Of a stretch of 35,543 nt of DNA, positions 1 through 10,565 are shown one piece after another. How positions within the stretch are numbered: position 1 is the first letter of the stretch; every line of letters starts with the position of its first letter. Under the pieces are notes generated by a model. The model did not search any database. It was not told the DNA's origin and saw nothing but the letters and a program-made list of their open reading frames with translations. Source of the stretch: Octopus bimaculoides (taxonomy: Eukaryota); the NCBI RefSeq assembly GCF_001194135.2, contig NC_068985.1, positions 126,776,421-126,811,963 of the forward strand, given 5' to 3'. A program made the position numbers and the translations under genes.

Positions 1-346
1 TTCTGATAGTGACTCCGCAATTAGGGCAAGGTCATCAGCATAGAGGAGCTCCCAGGGGCAACCTGTCTTGAACTCCTCTGTGATTGCCTGGAGGACTATG
101 GTAAATAATAGGGGGCTGAGGACGGAACCTTGGTGGACCCCTACCTCTACCCGGAATTCATTGCTGTACTCATTTCCAACCCTCACCTTACTGGCAGCAT
201 CTCTGTACATGGCTCGCACAGCTCTCACTAACCATTCTTCTATCCCAAGTTTCCTCATTGACCACCAGATAAGGGATCGGGGGACCCTGTCAAAGGCTTT
301 CTCCATGTCAACGAAAGCCAGGTACAGAGGTTTATCCTTAGCTAGG
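1..346 (-). mobile_element. RTE-clade LINE, reverse transcriptase fragment (runs off window start, 5'-truncated)
   Basis: 115 stop-free codons: LAKDKPLYLAFVDMEKAFDRVPR...GVHQGSVLSPLLF...GCPWELLYADDLALIAESLSE (RT motifs DxxKAFD, QG, YADD). Confidence 0.93.
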
Positions 347-442
347 TGTATATATATGCTGCAACCTTTTTAACAACTACTTTCAGGTTAAATGACAAAA
401 ACATTATTATTGATTGTATCAGAATTGCATGTGTGTGTGTGT

Positions 443-626
443 GAAATTTTGTGAGACAGTCAATTGCATTGACCCCAATGTTCAACTGGTATTTTATTTT
501 ATCCACCTTGAAAGGATAAAAGACAAAGTCATCTGAGCAGAATCTAAACTCAGGTTGTAAAGCCAGAATAGATGCTGCTAAGCGTTTTGTCTATCTTATT
601 AATGATTCTGTCAGCTCACTGCCTTT
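443..626 (-). mobile_element. tRNA-derived SINE family A (Meta-domain-like), antisense copy
   Basis: The reverse complement reads aaggcagtgagctgacagaatc...atgactttgtcttttatcctttc...ataaaataaaataccagttg, the same as the copies at 17681-19480. Confidence 0.75.
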
Positions 627-687
627 TTAAAAATATAAATAATAATTACTCTCGTTATTCTTGTTGTGTCTATCATGTCCCAGTTCT

Positions 688-808
688 ACATTATCCACTG
701 CACCAACTCTGTCTTTCTTAGAACTGGAACTCACTGCTGGCTTATGCCTTTCCTGTAGATGTTGATTTGCAATGGTTCAAGAGGAACATGAGCAGCATCA
801 ATCTCACC
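688..808 (+). mobile_element. 3' terminal coding fragment of a LINE (WNSLxxxxFPxDVDLxxFKRN type)
   Basis: Reads ...WNSLLAYAFPVDVDLQWFKRN.... It is homologous to the reverse complement of 4060-4130. Confidence 0.6.
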
Positions 809-869
809 ACTGTCAGAAGGTTTGAGTAAGACATAGACTCTGCTCCTTCCTGAGTCATTGGAATCAATA

Positions 870-920
870 TCATCATCATCATCATCGTTTAACGTCCGCT
901 TTCCATGCTAGCATGGGTTG
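870..920 (-). mobile_element. RTE 3' tail, very short 5'-truncated copy, young subfamily
   Basis: (CAT)n-cgtttaacgtccgctttccatgctagcatgggttg, identical to the start of the 21529 copy. Confidence 0.8.
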
Positions 921-1299
921 TTCTGTGATATTAACTATCTATTTAGATTAGAAGAGGTAGCTAATGGTAGCATGCTGGCTAAATTTCAATACATTTCAGT
1001 CTGTTGAACACAATATGTCAAATGAATTAAGAAGTTTGCTTCACAATCACAAAGTCCCAAGTAAGATTCTATTGTGTGGCATCTTTTACCACTGTTTTGA
1101 GTGCCTTGTGAGTAAAATTAGATGGATGGGAAATGTGTGGAAGCCTGGTGGATGGATTTTAGTTGTGATTCAGAAATACAGCTTTGTCACAATTTGCCCT
1201 TTCTACCAAATACTTTTGTTAAGAGGCACACGTTAGCACTATGACATTGATTCAATGAGCAGTTCAGCTGATTGAATCAATTGAATCTTTTAATAGTGA

Positions 1300-2367
1300 G
1301 GCATTAGTCTTCCTTGTAGTCCACACACTTCTTCCATTGGTGTTGAGGTGTTTGGATGCCATTGGTAAAGAAGCTTTCATCCTGTTGGTCAAAAAGTCAT
1401 CAGCAGCAGATATGACATCATCATCGTCACTGCAATACTGGTTCCTGGCCAAGTGTCTTTTCATGTTGGGGAACAGATAAGAGTCAGATGGGGCCAAATC
1501 AGGAGAATAAGGAATGTGGTCAGCCGGTTCATTGAAAGCAAGGACTTGTGTGTTGTGTGTTAGGGCATTGTCCTCATGAAACAAGACCCCTTTCATCAGT
1601 TTTCCTGGGCCTTTGGTCTTGATAGCCTTTTGTAACTGCCTCAGCCATCTGGTATTGATGGTGTGGCCCTTTTGAAGATTATCCCTATGTCTCTGTCTCA
1701 ATGTGATGAAGCCAACATTTATCTTGAGTTGGGAAACATTCAAGGAAACCTGCTGGATCTACCTGAAACAATGTCAGATTTTATCATGTGATCAGCCCGG
1801 TGCACTTTTGATCAGGTGTCAGAAGATATGGTATCCATTGAGCAGAAACCTTCATCATACCAAGTTCATTGTGCAGAATATTCTCAACAGGATATGGTAA
1901 TAGCATTGGCTATTTGATTTATAGTCAATCACTTGTCGTCCATCTCCATGTAGTGAACATGATCAATGTTTACTTTGGTGAGGGCAGTTTCAGGATGTCC
2001 AGAGCTTGAGTTATCTTCAAGACTCCCTCTTCCTCTCCTAAATTCAGCTGCCCACTTTTGTACTGTTGATAAAGCTGAAGTGACATCCCCTAATGTAGCA
2101 ACACTGTCAGCTTGACTGTCCTTGGAGGTTAAGCCCATTTTCTGCAGGTACTTGATAACAGCATGATGCCATATTTTGTCTGTTTTCAAGAGTAGTCACT
2201 GCTAGTTACTTCTGAAGTCTTCTTTGAACAGTTAGATGCCAGTTTACCTGAAAAGAAACAATGCAGTTATTAATAAGAAGAGTTTGAAATTTAATGCATG
2301 CAAGATTTTGCAACTCTAGCATCACTCCTTCATTGTCAATCTATGAACTTTTCAGCCCACCCTTGTA
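1300..2367 (-). mobile_element. Degenerate mariner (DD34D) transposon
   Basis: The N-terminal HTH is in ORF 1929..2189 (WAAEFRRGRGSLED) and the catalytic part in ORF 1264..1743 (FHEDNA, PYSPDLAPSD). A 5' TIR tatgaacttttcagcccacccttg ends in TA at 2366-2367. The other TIR is missing and the frame is broken. Confidence 0.9.
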
Positions 2368-2407
2368 TTGTATTGAGTTCATCCTTATTCTGCACTTAAT
2401 ATTTCAG

Positions 2408-2506
2408 AATCTATTGATGGAACTGAAAAACTATGAAGACAATATACCAAACATTATCAAGCTCAGTCCTGATGAACAGAATAAAATTACAGGAAGTATT
2501 ATACCA
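2408..2506 (+). CDS. BBS2: BBS2 exon (first in window), 99 nt, phase 0/0
   Basis: ttcag|AAT...CCA|gtaagt. Encodes NLLMELKNYEDNIPNIIKLSPDEQNKITGSIIP, matching the vertebrate BBS2 segment NLLLELRNYEEN...GIIP (recalled). Confidence 0.92.
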
Positions 2507-2687
2507 GTAAGTTTTTCATGAAGACCACCAGATGGTTTCCTTTTTTTTATTATCATAAACCTTTCTCATTATCAGCCATTGCTAACTAAATTGTTAATTG
2601 TCTTTATTATTGTTTCGAAATTTAGGGGGAGTGAGCTACAGCAAATAGAAGAGAGTTTAATGATGAGAATGATGTTATGATAAGAGT

Positions 2688-2765
2688 AGTGGTGGTGGCG
2701 GTGGTGGAAGTGGTGGTGGCGGTGGTGGAAGTGGTGGTGGCGGTGGTGATGGTGATGGTGGTGAT
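2688..2765 (+). repeat. (GGT)n tract with a 21-bp higher-order unit
   Basis: agtggtggtggcggtggtgga, about 2.9 copies. Confidence 0.85.
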
Positions 2766-2904
2766 GTTATTTTTAATGTAGAAGATGAGGAAGAGAAGCA
2801 GTAGTAGTCTCAGTCTCTTTTGTTTAAACATGCCTGCAGCGAGGATTAGAAACAAACTACAAATACATAGACAGCTTCTCTCTAGCTATATGGATTAAAA
2901 GATA

Positions 2905-3386
2905 AAGAAATGTCTAACAGTTGTGCATTGCTTAGAGAGCCTGGAGACACCCTTTGCCGTTGCAACAGTCTTGATCTCATCCTTTTTCTTTGGGATGCTG
3001 TGTCCACTACAGGCACTCCTCTCACGTGTTTTTCAATGATTTCCATCTTTAGTTCTATCGTAATCAGCTTTTCCTTCTTCTCAGCACTGTCCTTTGCACT
3101 AACCTTCTTAGGATCCATGGCTAACACTATTAGAAAATAAGAGCATAAAATGCACAAAACTAAACAAAACAGTGGGAAAAACACGATAGGGATGCTGCCA
3201 CAGCGGGATAAACACATGAACTGAGTGAGCAGAGACTGTACTTGTTCGGAGAGCATGTGCAAGCTCAGCTTTGACTAGCTGTCACAGATTTCTACTCGTG
3301 CTTCAAGACAAAAATTTGCACGAGCCACGGCTCGTACAGCAAATTACTCATACAATGGGGCACTCATACTGCAAGGTTCTACTGTA
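2905..3386 (-). mobile_element. pogo/Tigger-like DNA transposon, 5' fragment
   Basis: The end reads TA|CAGTAGAACCTTG. ORF 2882..3262 contains MDPKKVSAKDSAEKKEKLITIELKMEIIEKHVRG, a CENP-B/pogo-type N-terminal HTH. Confidence 0.82.
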
Positions 3387-3456
3387 TACTATTTCTAAAT
3401 AATTTTAATGTTTATTCAAAGAAAAGAAATTTAACTAAAATGAAATTTCATTCCAG

Positions 3457-3513
3457 ACAGATACTAAAGTTAACTCAAGGCTTTGTCTGAGACCAGCATC
3501 AGAAGCTTCTCCA
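3457..3513 (+). CDS. BBS2: BBS2 exon, 57 nt, phase 0/0
   Basis: ttccag|ACA...CCA|gtaaga. Encodes TDTKVNSRLCLRPASEASP. It keeps frame and fills the expected 19-aa segment between its neighbours. Confidence 0.85.
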
Positions 3514-4029
3514 GTAAGAATCAACTTTTTTTCTTTATTTTGCATTGATTTTTGGTGGTGGGGACTGAAGCTGAAATATTTTCTCTCCTCTGAAAACTTT
3601 TTTTAGACATTATTCAGTGACTGTGGACAGCTGCATATTAGACGACCAATCGAGAGCTCAGCTGATTGTATCCCAACATTAGTGTAATATTGTATTTGGG
3701 GACAAGACAGAACTCACAAAAAAGGGTCCAGTTTACCAGTTTTTATTCTGTGATTTTAGGGATTATCGTGAACTTTGTGTGATAGCATGGAAACTGGAGT
3801 GAAGCTTTTTGTTTTAAATAGATGATGACAGGTATTAATGCATTCAGTATCAAATGTTTAAAATTTAGGATGCTGTTTAGTTACAGAGAATTCTAGATTT
3901 TCAAAGTTTCAAATGAATCTATTTGTATTTGATTTACATTCCTGTTCCTGCTAACTTAGGAGAGCCAGAGAAAACAAATCTGTTGGCATAAAATCAAATT
4001 GTAGTGGGGGCAGGGATTTCTACTTGCTT

Positions 4030-4360
4030 GATCTGGAAGAAGGAGGCGAAGTTAGACTGGTGAGATTGATGCCATTAATTCCTCCTGAACCTTTCTAAAT
4101 CAACATCTGCTGGAAAGACATGAGCAGGAATAGGATGCCAGGGGGCCAATGATCTGGAAAGACATGAGCAGGAATAGGATGCCAGAGGGCCAATGATCTG
4201 GAAAGACATGAGCAGGAATAGGATGCCAGGGGGCCAATGATCTGGAAAGACATGAGCAGGAATAGGATGCCAGAGGGCCAATGATCTGGAAAGACATGAG
4301 CAGGAATAGGATGCCAGAGGGCCAATGATCTGGAAAGAAGGTTTGAGCTCAGTAATAATG
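4030..4360 (-). mobile_element. LINE 3' terminal coding fragment hosting the minisatellite
   Basis: Reads RSLALWHPIPAHVFPADVDLERFRRN*, the same family as 688-808. Confidence 0.6.
4110..4338. repeat. 44-bp minisatellite, 5 copies plus a partial
   Basis: Unit tggaaagacatgagcaggaataggatgccag(a/g)gggccaatgatc, starting at 4111, 4155, 4199, 4243 and 4287. Only one position varies. Confidence 0.97.
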
Positions 4361-4559
4361 TATTGACTGATTTTTTTAAATGTGAATAGATAAGCATTAC
4401 ATTTGACAGAGTAATCTGAATGCTAAAGGATTAAAGTATTAATAAAAAGAAAGTCAGGGAGCTTTAATTAACATTGAACCAACCCAATAAAATTGTTGAG
4501 AGTTTTAATAAATTTCTCGTTAATTAATCTGTTCTGTTTGTTTTTCTTTTTTTTTACAG

Positions 4560-4593
4560 GCTCAAGTTCTTCTGATGATAAACACCACCAATG
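4560..4593 (+). CDS. BBS2: BBS2 exon, 34 nt, phase 0/1
   Basis: Long T tract then acag|GCT...AAT G|gtaag. Encodes AQVLLMINTTN(D), compared with the vertebrate AHTELRISTSND. Confidence 0.88.
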
Positions 4594-4631
4594 GTAAGAT
4601 ATTGTTGTTGTTTTCTTTCCATTTTTACTAT

Positions 4632-5012
4632 TTATTCTTTTACTTGTTTCAGTCATTTGACTGTGGTCATGCTGGAGCACCACCTTGAAGGGTTTTAGTC
4701 AAACAAATTGACCCCAGGACTTATTTATTTTTAAGCTTATTACTTATTCTATTGGTCTCTTTTGCTGAAGTGCTAAGTTACAGGGATGTAAACACACAAA
4801 CACCAGTTGTCAAGCGGTGATGGGGGACAAACACAGACACACACAAAGATAATGGGCTTCTTTCAGTTTCCGTCTAGCAAATCCACTGACAAAGCTTTGA
4901 TTGGCCCAAGGCTATTGTAGAAGACACTTACCCAGGGTGCCACACAGTGGGACTGAACCCAGAGCCATGTGGATGGGAAGCAAACTTCTTACCACACAGC
5001 CATGCTTGTGCC
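4632..5012 (-). mobile_element. tRNA-derived SINE family B (CORE-like), with gctccagcatgaccacagtcaaatgactgaaacaagtaaaag tail
   Basis: tRNA-like head (gctgtgtggtaag...gggttcagtccc), ggcaccctgggtaagtg core-like box, same body as 5571-5983. Confidence 0.8.
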
Positions 5013-5188
5013 TATATGTTTATTTGTTTATGCTAGAACCGTAACAGCAAAACTTTCTGTGCAGATAAGATTGTACTAGCAATTTGGGTTCTCCAGCGAA
5101 AATCCTCAGCAGGCACTGCGTTCTATATATTTAGACAGGATGCTTAACATTATATTTCTCTTAGCTTTTGGAAACAGATCATCAGAGT

Positions 5189-5330
5189 GGCAGTGAGCTG
5201 GCAGTCCTTAGAATATGAAATAAAAGGCCTCACAGTATTTGGTCCTTCTTTCTGCACCTGGAGTTCAAATCCTACTGAGGTCAACTTTGTTTTTCATCCT
5301 TTTAGGATTGATAAAAAAAAAAGTACCAAT
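5189..5330 (+). mobile_element. SINE family A copy
   Basis: ggcagtgagctggcag...gagttcaaatcctactgaggtcaactttgtttttcatcc...aagtacc. Confidence 0.75.
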
Positions 5331-5570
5331 CCAGGATTGGCCGAATTGTAAAAATGTCAAACTTGATACCTTACAGTATTTGTATCCACTATTTGTGCTC
5401 TGAGTTCAGATCTCACCATGGCCTACTTGGGTAGTAGACTCAGCACTTCTTAACCATATAGCCATACCTGTGCCTACTAAAATAATAAAAGCATGAAAAG
5501 AAAAACACTTCAAAGAACTTAGACTGCACACAACAATTTCCATTAACTTGTCTCCCTCACTATATAATAT

Positions 5571-5983
5571 TACTCTTTACTCTTTCACTCTTTTCAGTCA
5601 TTTGACTGTGGTCATGCTGGAGCACCGCCTTTAGTCGAGCAAATCGACCCCAGGACTTATTCTTTGTAAGCCTAGTACTTATTCTGTCGGTCTCTTTTGC
5701 TGAACCGCTAAGTTACGGGGATGTAAACACACCACCATCAGTTGTCAAGCGATGTTGGGGGGACAAACACAGATACACAAACACACATACACACATATAT
5801 ATATACATATACATATATACGACGGGCTTTTTTCAGTTTACGTCTACCAAATCCACTCACAAGGCTTTGGTCGGCCTGAGGCTATAGTAGAAGACACTTG
5901 CCCAAGGTGCCACACAGTGGGACTGAACCCGGAACCATGTGGTTGGTAAGCAAGCTACTTACCACATAGCCACTCCTGCACCT
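5571..5983 (-). mobile_element. SINE family B (CORE-like), near full length and young-looking
   Basis: A/B-box head, ggcaccttgggcaagtg (resembles the MIR/CORE gtgaccttgggcaagt), internal (TA/CA)n, retained CpGs, (gagtaa)-type tail. Confidence 0.85.
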
Positions 5984-6183
5984 ATTGTTAATATTGTTAA
6001 CATATTATCATAAATATTACATCCTCTGACTTCAAAGAAAAGAAATATTTCATATTTAGAAGAATGTTATTTGTTTACCTTGAGCATTGTAAAAAGAACA
6101 GTTCACACCAAAAAAAAAATAATGAATAAGTAAATATTTAATTTGGATGAATTAATTAAAATTTATGGATTTTTTTTCTTTAG

Positions 6184-6247
6184 ATACTATTATCCGAGCT
6201 GCCCTTGTATTTGCTGAAGGAATATTCAAAGGTGAAAGTCATGTGAT
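6184..6247 (+). CDS. BBS2: BBS2 exon, 64 nt, phase 1/2
   Basis: ctttag|AT...GTG AT|gtaagt. Encodes DTIIRAALVFAEGIFKGESHV(I), nearly identical to the BBS2 motif [21 protein letters not shown]. Confidence 0.96.
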
Positions 6248-6847
6248 GTAAGTAAAAGCCTAGTGTAAAACAGTTTTATTTAGTAGTAAAATACTATAGA
6301 AGTGACAGCAGATGTTGTCACGTAAATAGTAGTTCATGTCAGCTACATATAGTATTTTCCAGCTTGCTTATTGATTTAGTATATAGTGTAAACATGTAGT
6401 GTAAACATTCAAACGTCATTACTATCTTTCCAAAATCCCACTGCATTTCACATGGAATACTTGGTTCTCCAAAATTGTCTTGCTGTATAAGTTGACCTAC
6501 CTTTTTTGGCTGCAAATTCAACTTGTATGTTGAAAGCATTTCTAATATTTATATATCTAGACTAAACATTTGTAATATTTGTATGTCTAAAATACATGAA
6601 AACATTTGTTGTTGTTTTTTTTTTTTTTTGTGGCACACTTTAGAACAAATAAAAACATTTGGTACATTGTATATTTGTGTATTTTAGCATATAAATACAA
6701 ATAATTTAAACTACAGGAAAATGAAAGGTATATAAAATCTGTATAAAGTAAAATATACAATTTCTTCACCTTGTGCTGTTGTTTTTTTGGGTTTCTTTGT
6801 TTTTGGGGGGTTTTTTGAGAAAATGTACTTGTTACACAGCATAATTT

Positions 6848-7170
6848 CATCATCATTTAACATCTATTGTCCATGCTGGCATGAGGCTGGATGGCTTGAC
6901 CAGAGCTGAGAAGCTAGAGAGCTGCACCAGGTCCAGCCTGATTTGGAATGGTTTCTATGGCTGGATGACTTTCCTAATGCCAACTACTTTACAGAGTGTA
7001 CAGGGCACTGTTATGTAGTACCACATGAATACTTTTATGTGAAACCAGCATGTGTGCTTTTTACGTGGCACCAACACAGGACTCTTGCAGGTCAATCGTC
7101 TTCACTAGAGGAAGCAGCGTTTCTTCAAAGTTGTTATTCTTTAACATCAAATGTCTTTTGTAAAACATTG
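6848..7170 (-). mobile_element. RTE 3' UTR/tail copy
   Basis: (CAT)n-ttaacatc...ctggatgactttcctaatgccaac motif. Confidence 0.8.
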
Positions 7171-7289
7171 TCAGTTACTGCCCTCTTCTCTCATCATCAT
7201 CATTTTCATTGTCATTGTTGTCATCGTCATCATCTTCATCACTTTACATATGCTTTCCAAGCTGTATGTCTATGGGAGCTTTATTTCAT

Positions 7290-7505
7290 GTTGCTTCTGT
7301 CCACTCAGCTAGTAAAAATGAGTAGTACCTGTAATTCAAAGGTCCTGTTTTGTCACATTCTGTGTCACGCTGAATCTCCCTAAGATCTACATAAAGAGCA
7401 TGCATGTCTATGAAGTACTCAGCCATTGGCACACTAATTTCATGAGCAGGCTGTTGCGTTGACTGGATGAACTGAAACCCTCATCATCATAACCAACGGA
7501 ATGCT
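7290..7505 (+). mobile_element. Degenerate SINE-like repeat (family C)
   Basis: tccactcagctagtaaaaatgagtagtacctg...tgtgtcacgctgaatctccc...catgagcaggctgttgcgttg. Recognised from recall as an octopus-type dispersed repeat; no second copy in the window. Confidence 0.45.
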
Positions 7506-7594
7506 TGTGAGTTATTTCTAAAAGTAATTGAAATAAAGAGTGTGTGTTTCAACTGAAATGTGATAACAAAAGGGTTAAAAATATTTATTTGCAG

Positions 7595-7702
7595 TCACCC
7601 AGCTACTGATAACCCGTGTTCTGAAGTATGTATGACCATAGTTCAACCAAAGGATACACCAGTTGATCTTCATATGAAAGTTTTTGTTGGTTACAGAAAT
7701 TG
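7595..7702 (+). CDS. BBS2: BBS2 exon, 108 nt, phase 2/2
   Basis: ttgcag|T CAC...AAT TG|gtaagt. Encodes [35 protein letters not shown](C), matching PKDVPVDLHLKAFVGYR. Confidence 0.96.
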
Positions 7703-8141
7703 GTAAGTGTATTTTCTGTTTGCAGCAGAGACGCAGGCACATTGAGCCTGACGCTATGACACAGCCATTTTGGCCTTGCCTATTTAGTGTTGCTGATTCA
7801 ATGCTGAACTTATTTTGTCACCATTTTGTACCTAAGACTATTTGCCATTGCGAAAAAAGGCATTTTTACATTTGTTTTTTCTCTTCTTTTTCTCAAGTGG
7901 CAACTAACTTGTAATCACAACTACTCGATTACTCAACCACTAAACTTTATTTAACTTCCTGCTTCACTTTATGTATATGAAGGCTGGTGAAATATTGATA
8001 AAGTGTAGAAAAGAAAAAACTTTCCCCACCTCTACCCCCACTACCCTCTTCCCATCTCTCTTTCCCCCTCTCCCCCTCTCTATTTGTTTGTCTGTCTATC
8101 TGTCTCTCTATCTATCAATCTGTCTATATCAGTCTGTCTGT

Positions 8142-8906
8142 CTATCCCTAAAAGGTCAGGCGGAGGTGGCGAACGCGAACATTGCGTCCATCATCTACTA
8201 CTGCCTGACCGTCGTGCCTTGTCCCGACCCTACCATCACCAAACTGGAACGCATCCTCTCCTGCTTCTTGTGGAAAGGAAACGTCCTGATGGTCAGGTGA
8301 TCTGTTTGCTGTCAACACCAGCTGAAAGGAGGGCTGAGCATGCCGTGGTTGATGATGCACAGACACGCACTGAGACTGTGACATCTCCGGCTCTACGTAA
8401 ACGACGGTGAGCAGGTGTGGTCGTCATTTGTGCGACACGCTTTCCAGTAGCTCGTCTCCATGACTGAGCTGCAGTTGTGGATCAAGAAGAGGCCGAGGAA
8501 GGGCGAATGGCACCACGAGTGTCGCATTGCTCTCGAGCAACTCTGCCGTCTCAGGTCGACCTTGAACGACTGCATCACAACCAAAGCATTCTATTGGGGA
8601 TTAGTGGAGTGGAGGTACAACGATCTCAGGGTGAACCTTGGCATTGACAAGGAATACCTGACCAGCCTGTTCAAGACAACTTTTGGGCCAGGACCTATGG
8701 ACAACTTCCAGAGATCCCTGGCCTGGCAGTGCTACTGAGGAGTGCTACCCATTCGGGATAAGCTCTACAGACACTGCTCGAGAAACATGAGACTGACCTG
8801 CCCAAGATGCGGTCAGAGTGATGAAACCATTCTGCACACACTCCTGCTGTGTCCAACCATTTCCTATGTGACCTGTAGGCTTATGTCGAATGACTGCTGT
8901 CACGTG
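8142..8906 (+). mobile_element. Tx1/L1-clade LINE, ORF2 C-terminal fragment
   Basis: LSLKGQAEVAN...FLWKG...GGLSMP...FQRSLAWQCY*GVLPIRDKL...CPRCGQSDETILHTLLLCP (zf-RVT CCHC). It has in-frame stops, is GC/CpG-rich, and its 5' end is fused to a (TCTA/TCTG)n tract. Confidence 0.88.
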
Positions 8907-9039
8907 AATTTGCTATATTTTGATTAAATTGCTTTGAAAAGATGCTGTCTTCAGTTGGTTTGGAATATTGATTTATTCAGAATTGCTGAATCCAAACAGT
9001 TTAGAAGAGGATTCAAGTTAAACTTCATAAAAATGACCC

Positions 9040-9500
9040 CATCATCATCATCATCATCAACATTTAACATCCATTTTCCATGCTGGCATGGGTTGGACTG
9101 CTTGACAGGAACTGGTAAGACCAGAGGCCACACTGGATTCCATAATCTGTTTTGGCTTGGTTTCTCCAGCTAGATGCCCTTCCTAATGCCAGCCACTCCA
9201 TAAAGTGTACTGGGTTCTTTCTACACGGCACCATCACCAGTGCTTTTTACACCAGTGCATTTTTTATGTGGTGCCAGCACCCACACCAAAGCTTTTTACA
9301 TAACACTTTAGTTTTAGGAGCTCAGTTTCTATTGTGGTGGGCAAGTCTTCTTGAGTACAGCATTGCACCACATATCTCGGTCCTGTGTCACCTTCTTTGT
9401 AAGGTTCAGCATTTTGAGATCAGCCTTCAATACTTTGTCCTATGTCTTCCTGGGTCTCCTGCTTCCACATATTCCCTCCACTTTAAATGATCAGCACTTA
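9040..9500 (-). mobile_element. RTE LINE 3' end (C-terminal codons plus 3' UTR plus (GAT)n tail)
   Basis: The minus strand reads VEGICGSRRPRKT*DKVLKADLKMLNLTKKVTQDRDMWCNAVLKK, followed by the shared UTR. Confidence 0.85.
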
Positions 9501-9953
9501 GAGAGAGAGAAAGATAGGACCTAAAGTCACATAGCTTATGAGCTTGTCCTTGAAAAGATCTGCCTTTATGCAAAATTTCTGCTATTTAGGTGCATAACTG
9601 TTGCCTACTAGTTAGACAATCAATTTTATACATCAATCCTTTAACGTTTAAATTGGCCATATCTATTCCAAATATTGTACTTCTGTTCAAACTGTTGTAT
9701 TATATTCGAACTGGCCAGATCTAACCTCCCACACCTATGCTACAATGTAATTCTAAAAATAAACAATCACATCGTCAAAATCTCAAAGCTACAGGATAAT
9801 GCATACATTACTTCAAAGCACTATGACTAAATATGTATTACATTTGACAGAGAAATCTGAATACTAAAGGGTTAAGATGTTTTACTACTATGTCATGAAT
9901 GTGATATTTTTACTATTGTATTGAAGATTTTATCATTTTGTTAATTTTTACAG

Positions 9954-10083
9954 CATGCAGTTTCATGTCTTCGAGATAACTCACACAATCCCCAGATTTG
10001 TTATGTATATCAGAAATGAAATATCTTCTGTAGAAGAACCCGAAGGCTATGTAAAGTTTACAGTCAGTGAAAGAGCTCAAAGG
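9954..10083 (+). CDS. BBS2: BBS2 exon, 130 nt, phase 2/0
   Basis: tttacag|C ATG...AGG|gtaagt. Encodes MQFHVFEITHTIPRFVMYIRNEISSVEEPEGYVKFTVSERAQR. Confidence 0.96.
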
Positions 10084-10189
10084 GTAAGTATGAAAATTGT
10101 TCTCCATGCTCTTTAATCCTTATTCCTTTGTTGTTGTTGTTGCGTTGGAATTACCACCTCCACTGTCATTGGCAGCAGTGTTGTTTTGT

Positions 10190-10370
10190 TATTGTTTAAC
10201 CACTGGTCAGCAGAAAGCACTCCTATGTGTGAAAGATGTGCCAGCTGTCATAATCTTGTGTTTTTAGAACCAGTGTGTATCTTTCTTTTTTTTTTTTTAA
10301 GAAGGTTATGGTGATATGATAAAGATTTGACTGATATTTCTAGTAGACTGAATCGCCTCATTTAAAGTGT
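10190..10370 (+). mobile_element. Dispersed repeat family D (also about 19930-20095 and about 26755-26920)
   Basis: Three diverged copies in the window share the acattatccaat/gtgtatc-T tract-aagaagg-gatttg-atttctag pattern. Confidence 0.55.
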
Positions 10371-10489
10371 GTTGTGTTAGAGGAAGAAGAGGTAGTTGGA
10401 TGCTAAATGGACTACTTCACTTGCCACTACTGGATTGGAAAATTGTTAGAGTTTGGGACAAAATAAACATAGTATTCATTCATAAGCAT

Positions 10490-10565
10490 TTAAGTTCTGA
10501 GTTCAAATTCTGCTGAGGTCAACTTCATTTTTCATCCTTCTAGGGTTGATAAAATAAATAACCTC
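10490..10565 (+). mobile_element. SINE family A, central fragment
   Basis: ctgagttcaaattctgctgaggtcaacttcatttttcatccttctagggttgataaaata. Confidence 0.7.

Noticed and set aside
68-373. + strand ORF of 101 aa
   Set aside because: It is the antisense shadow of the RTE RT frame.
374-2407. A further upstream BBS2 exon (IRGY...ELSQKKQ region)
   Set aside because: No matching frame was found by eye; it probably lies upstream of the window.
3822-3828. ATGATGA as a C/D snoRNA C box
   Set aside because: No suitably placed CTGA D box or terminal stem.
4110-4338. 44-bp repeat as a CRISPR array
   Set aside because: Units are contiguous with no unique spacers, the context is eukaryotic, and there are no cas genes.
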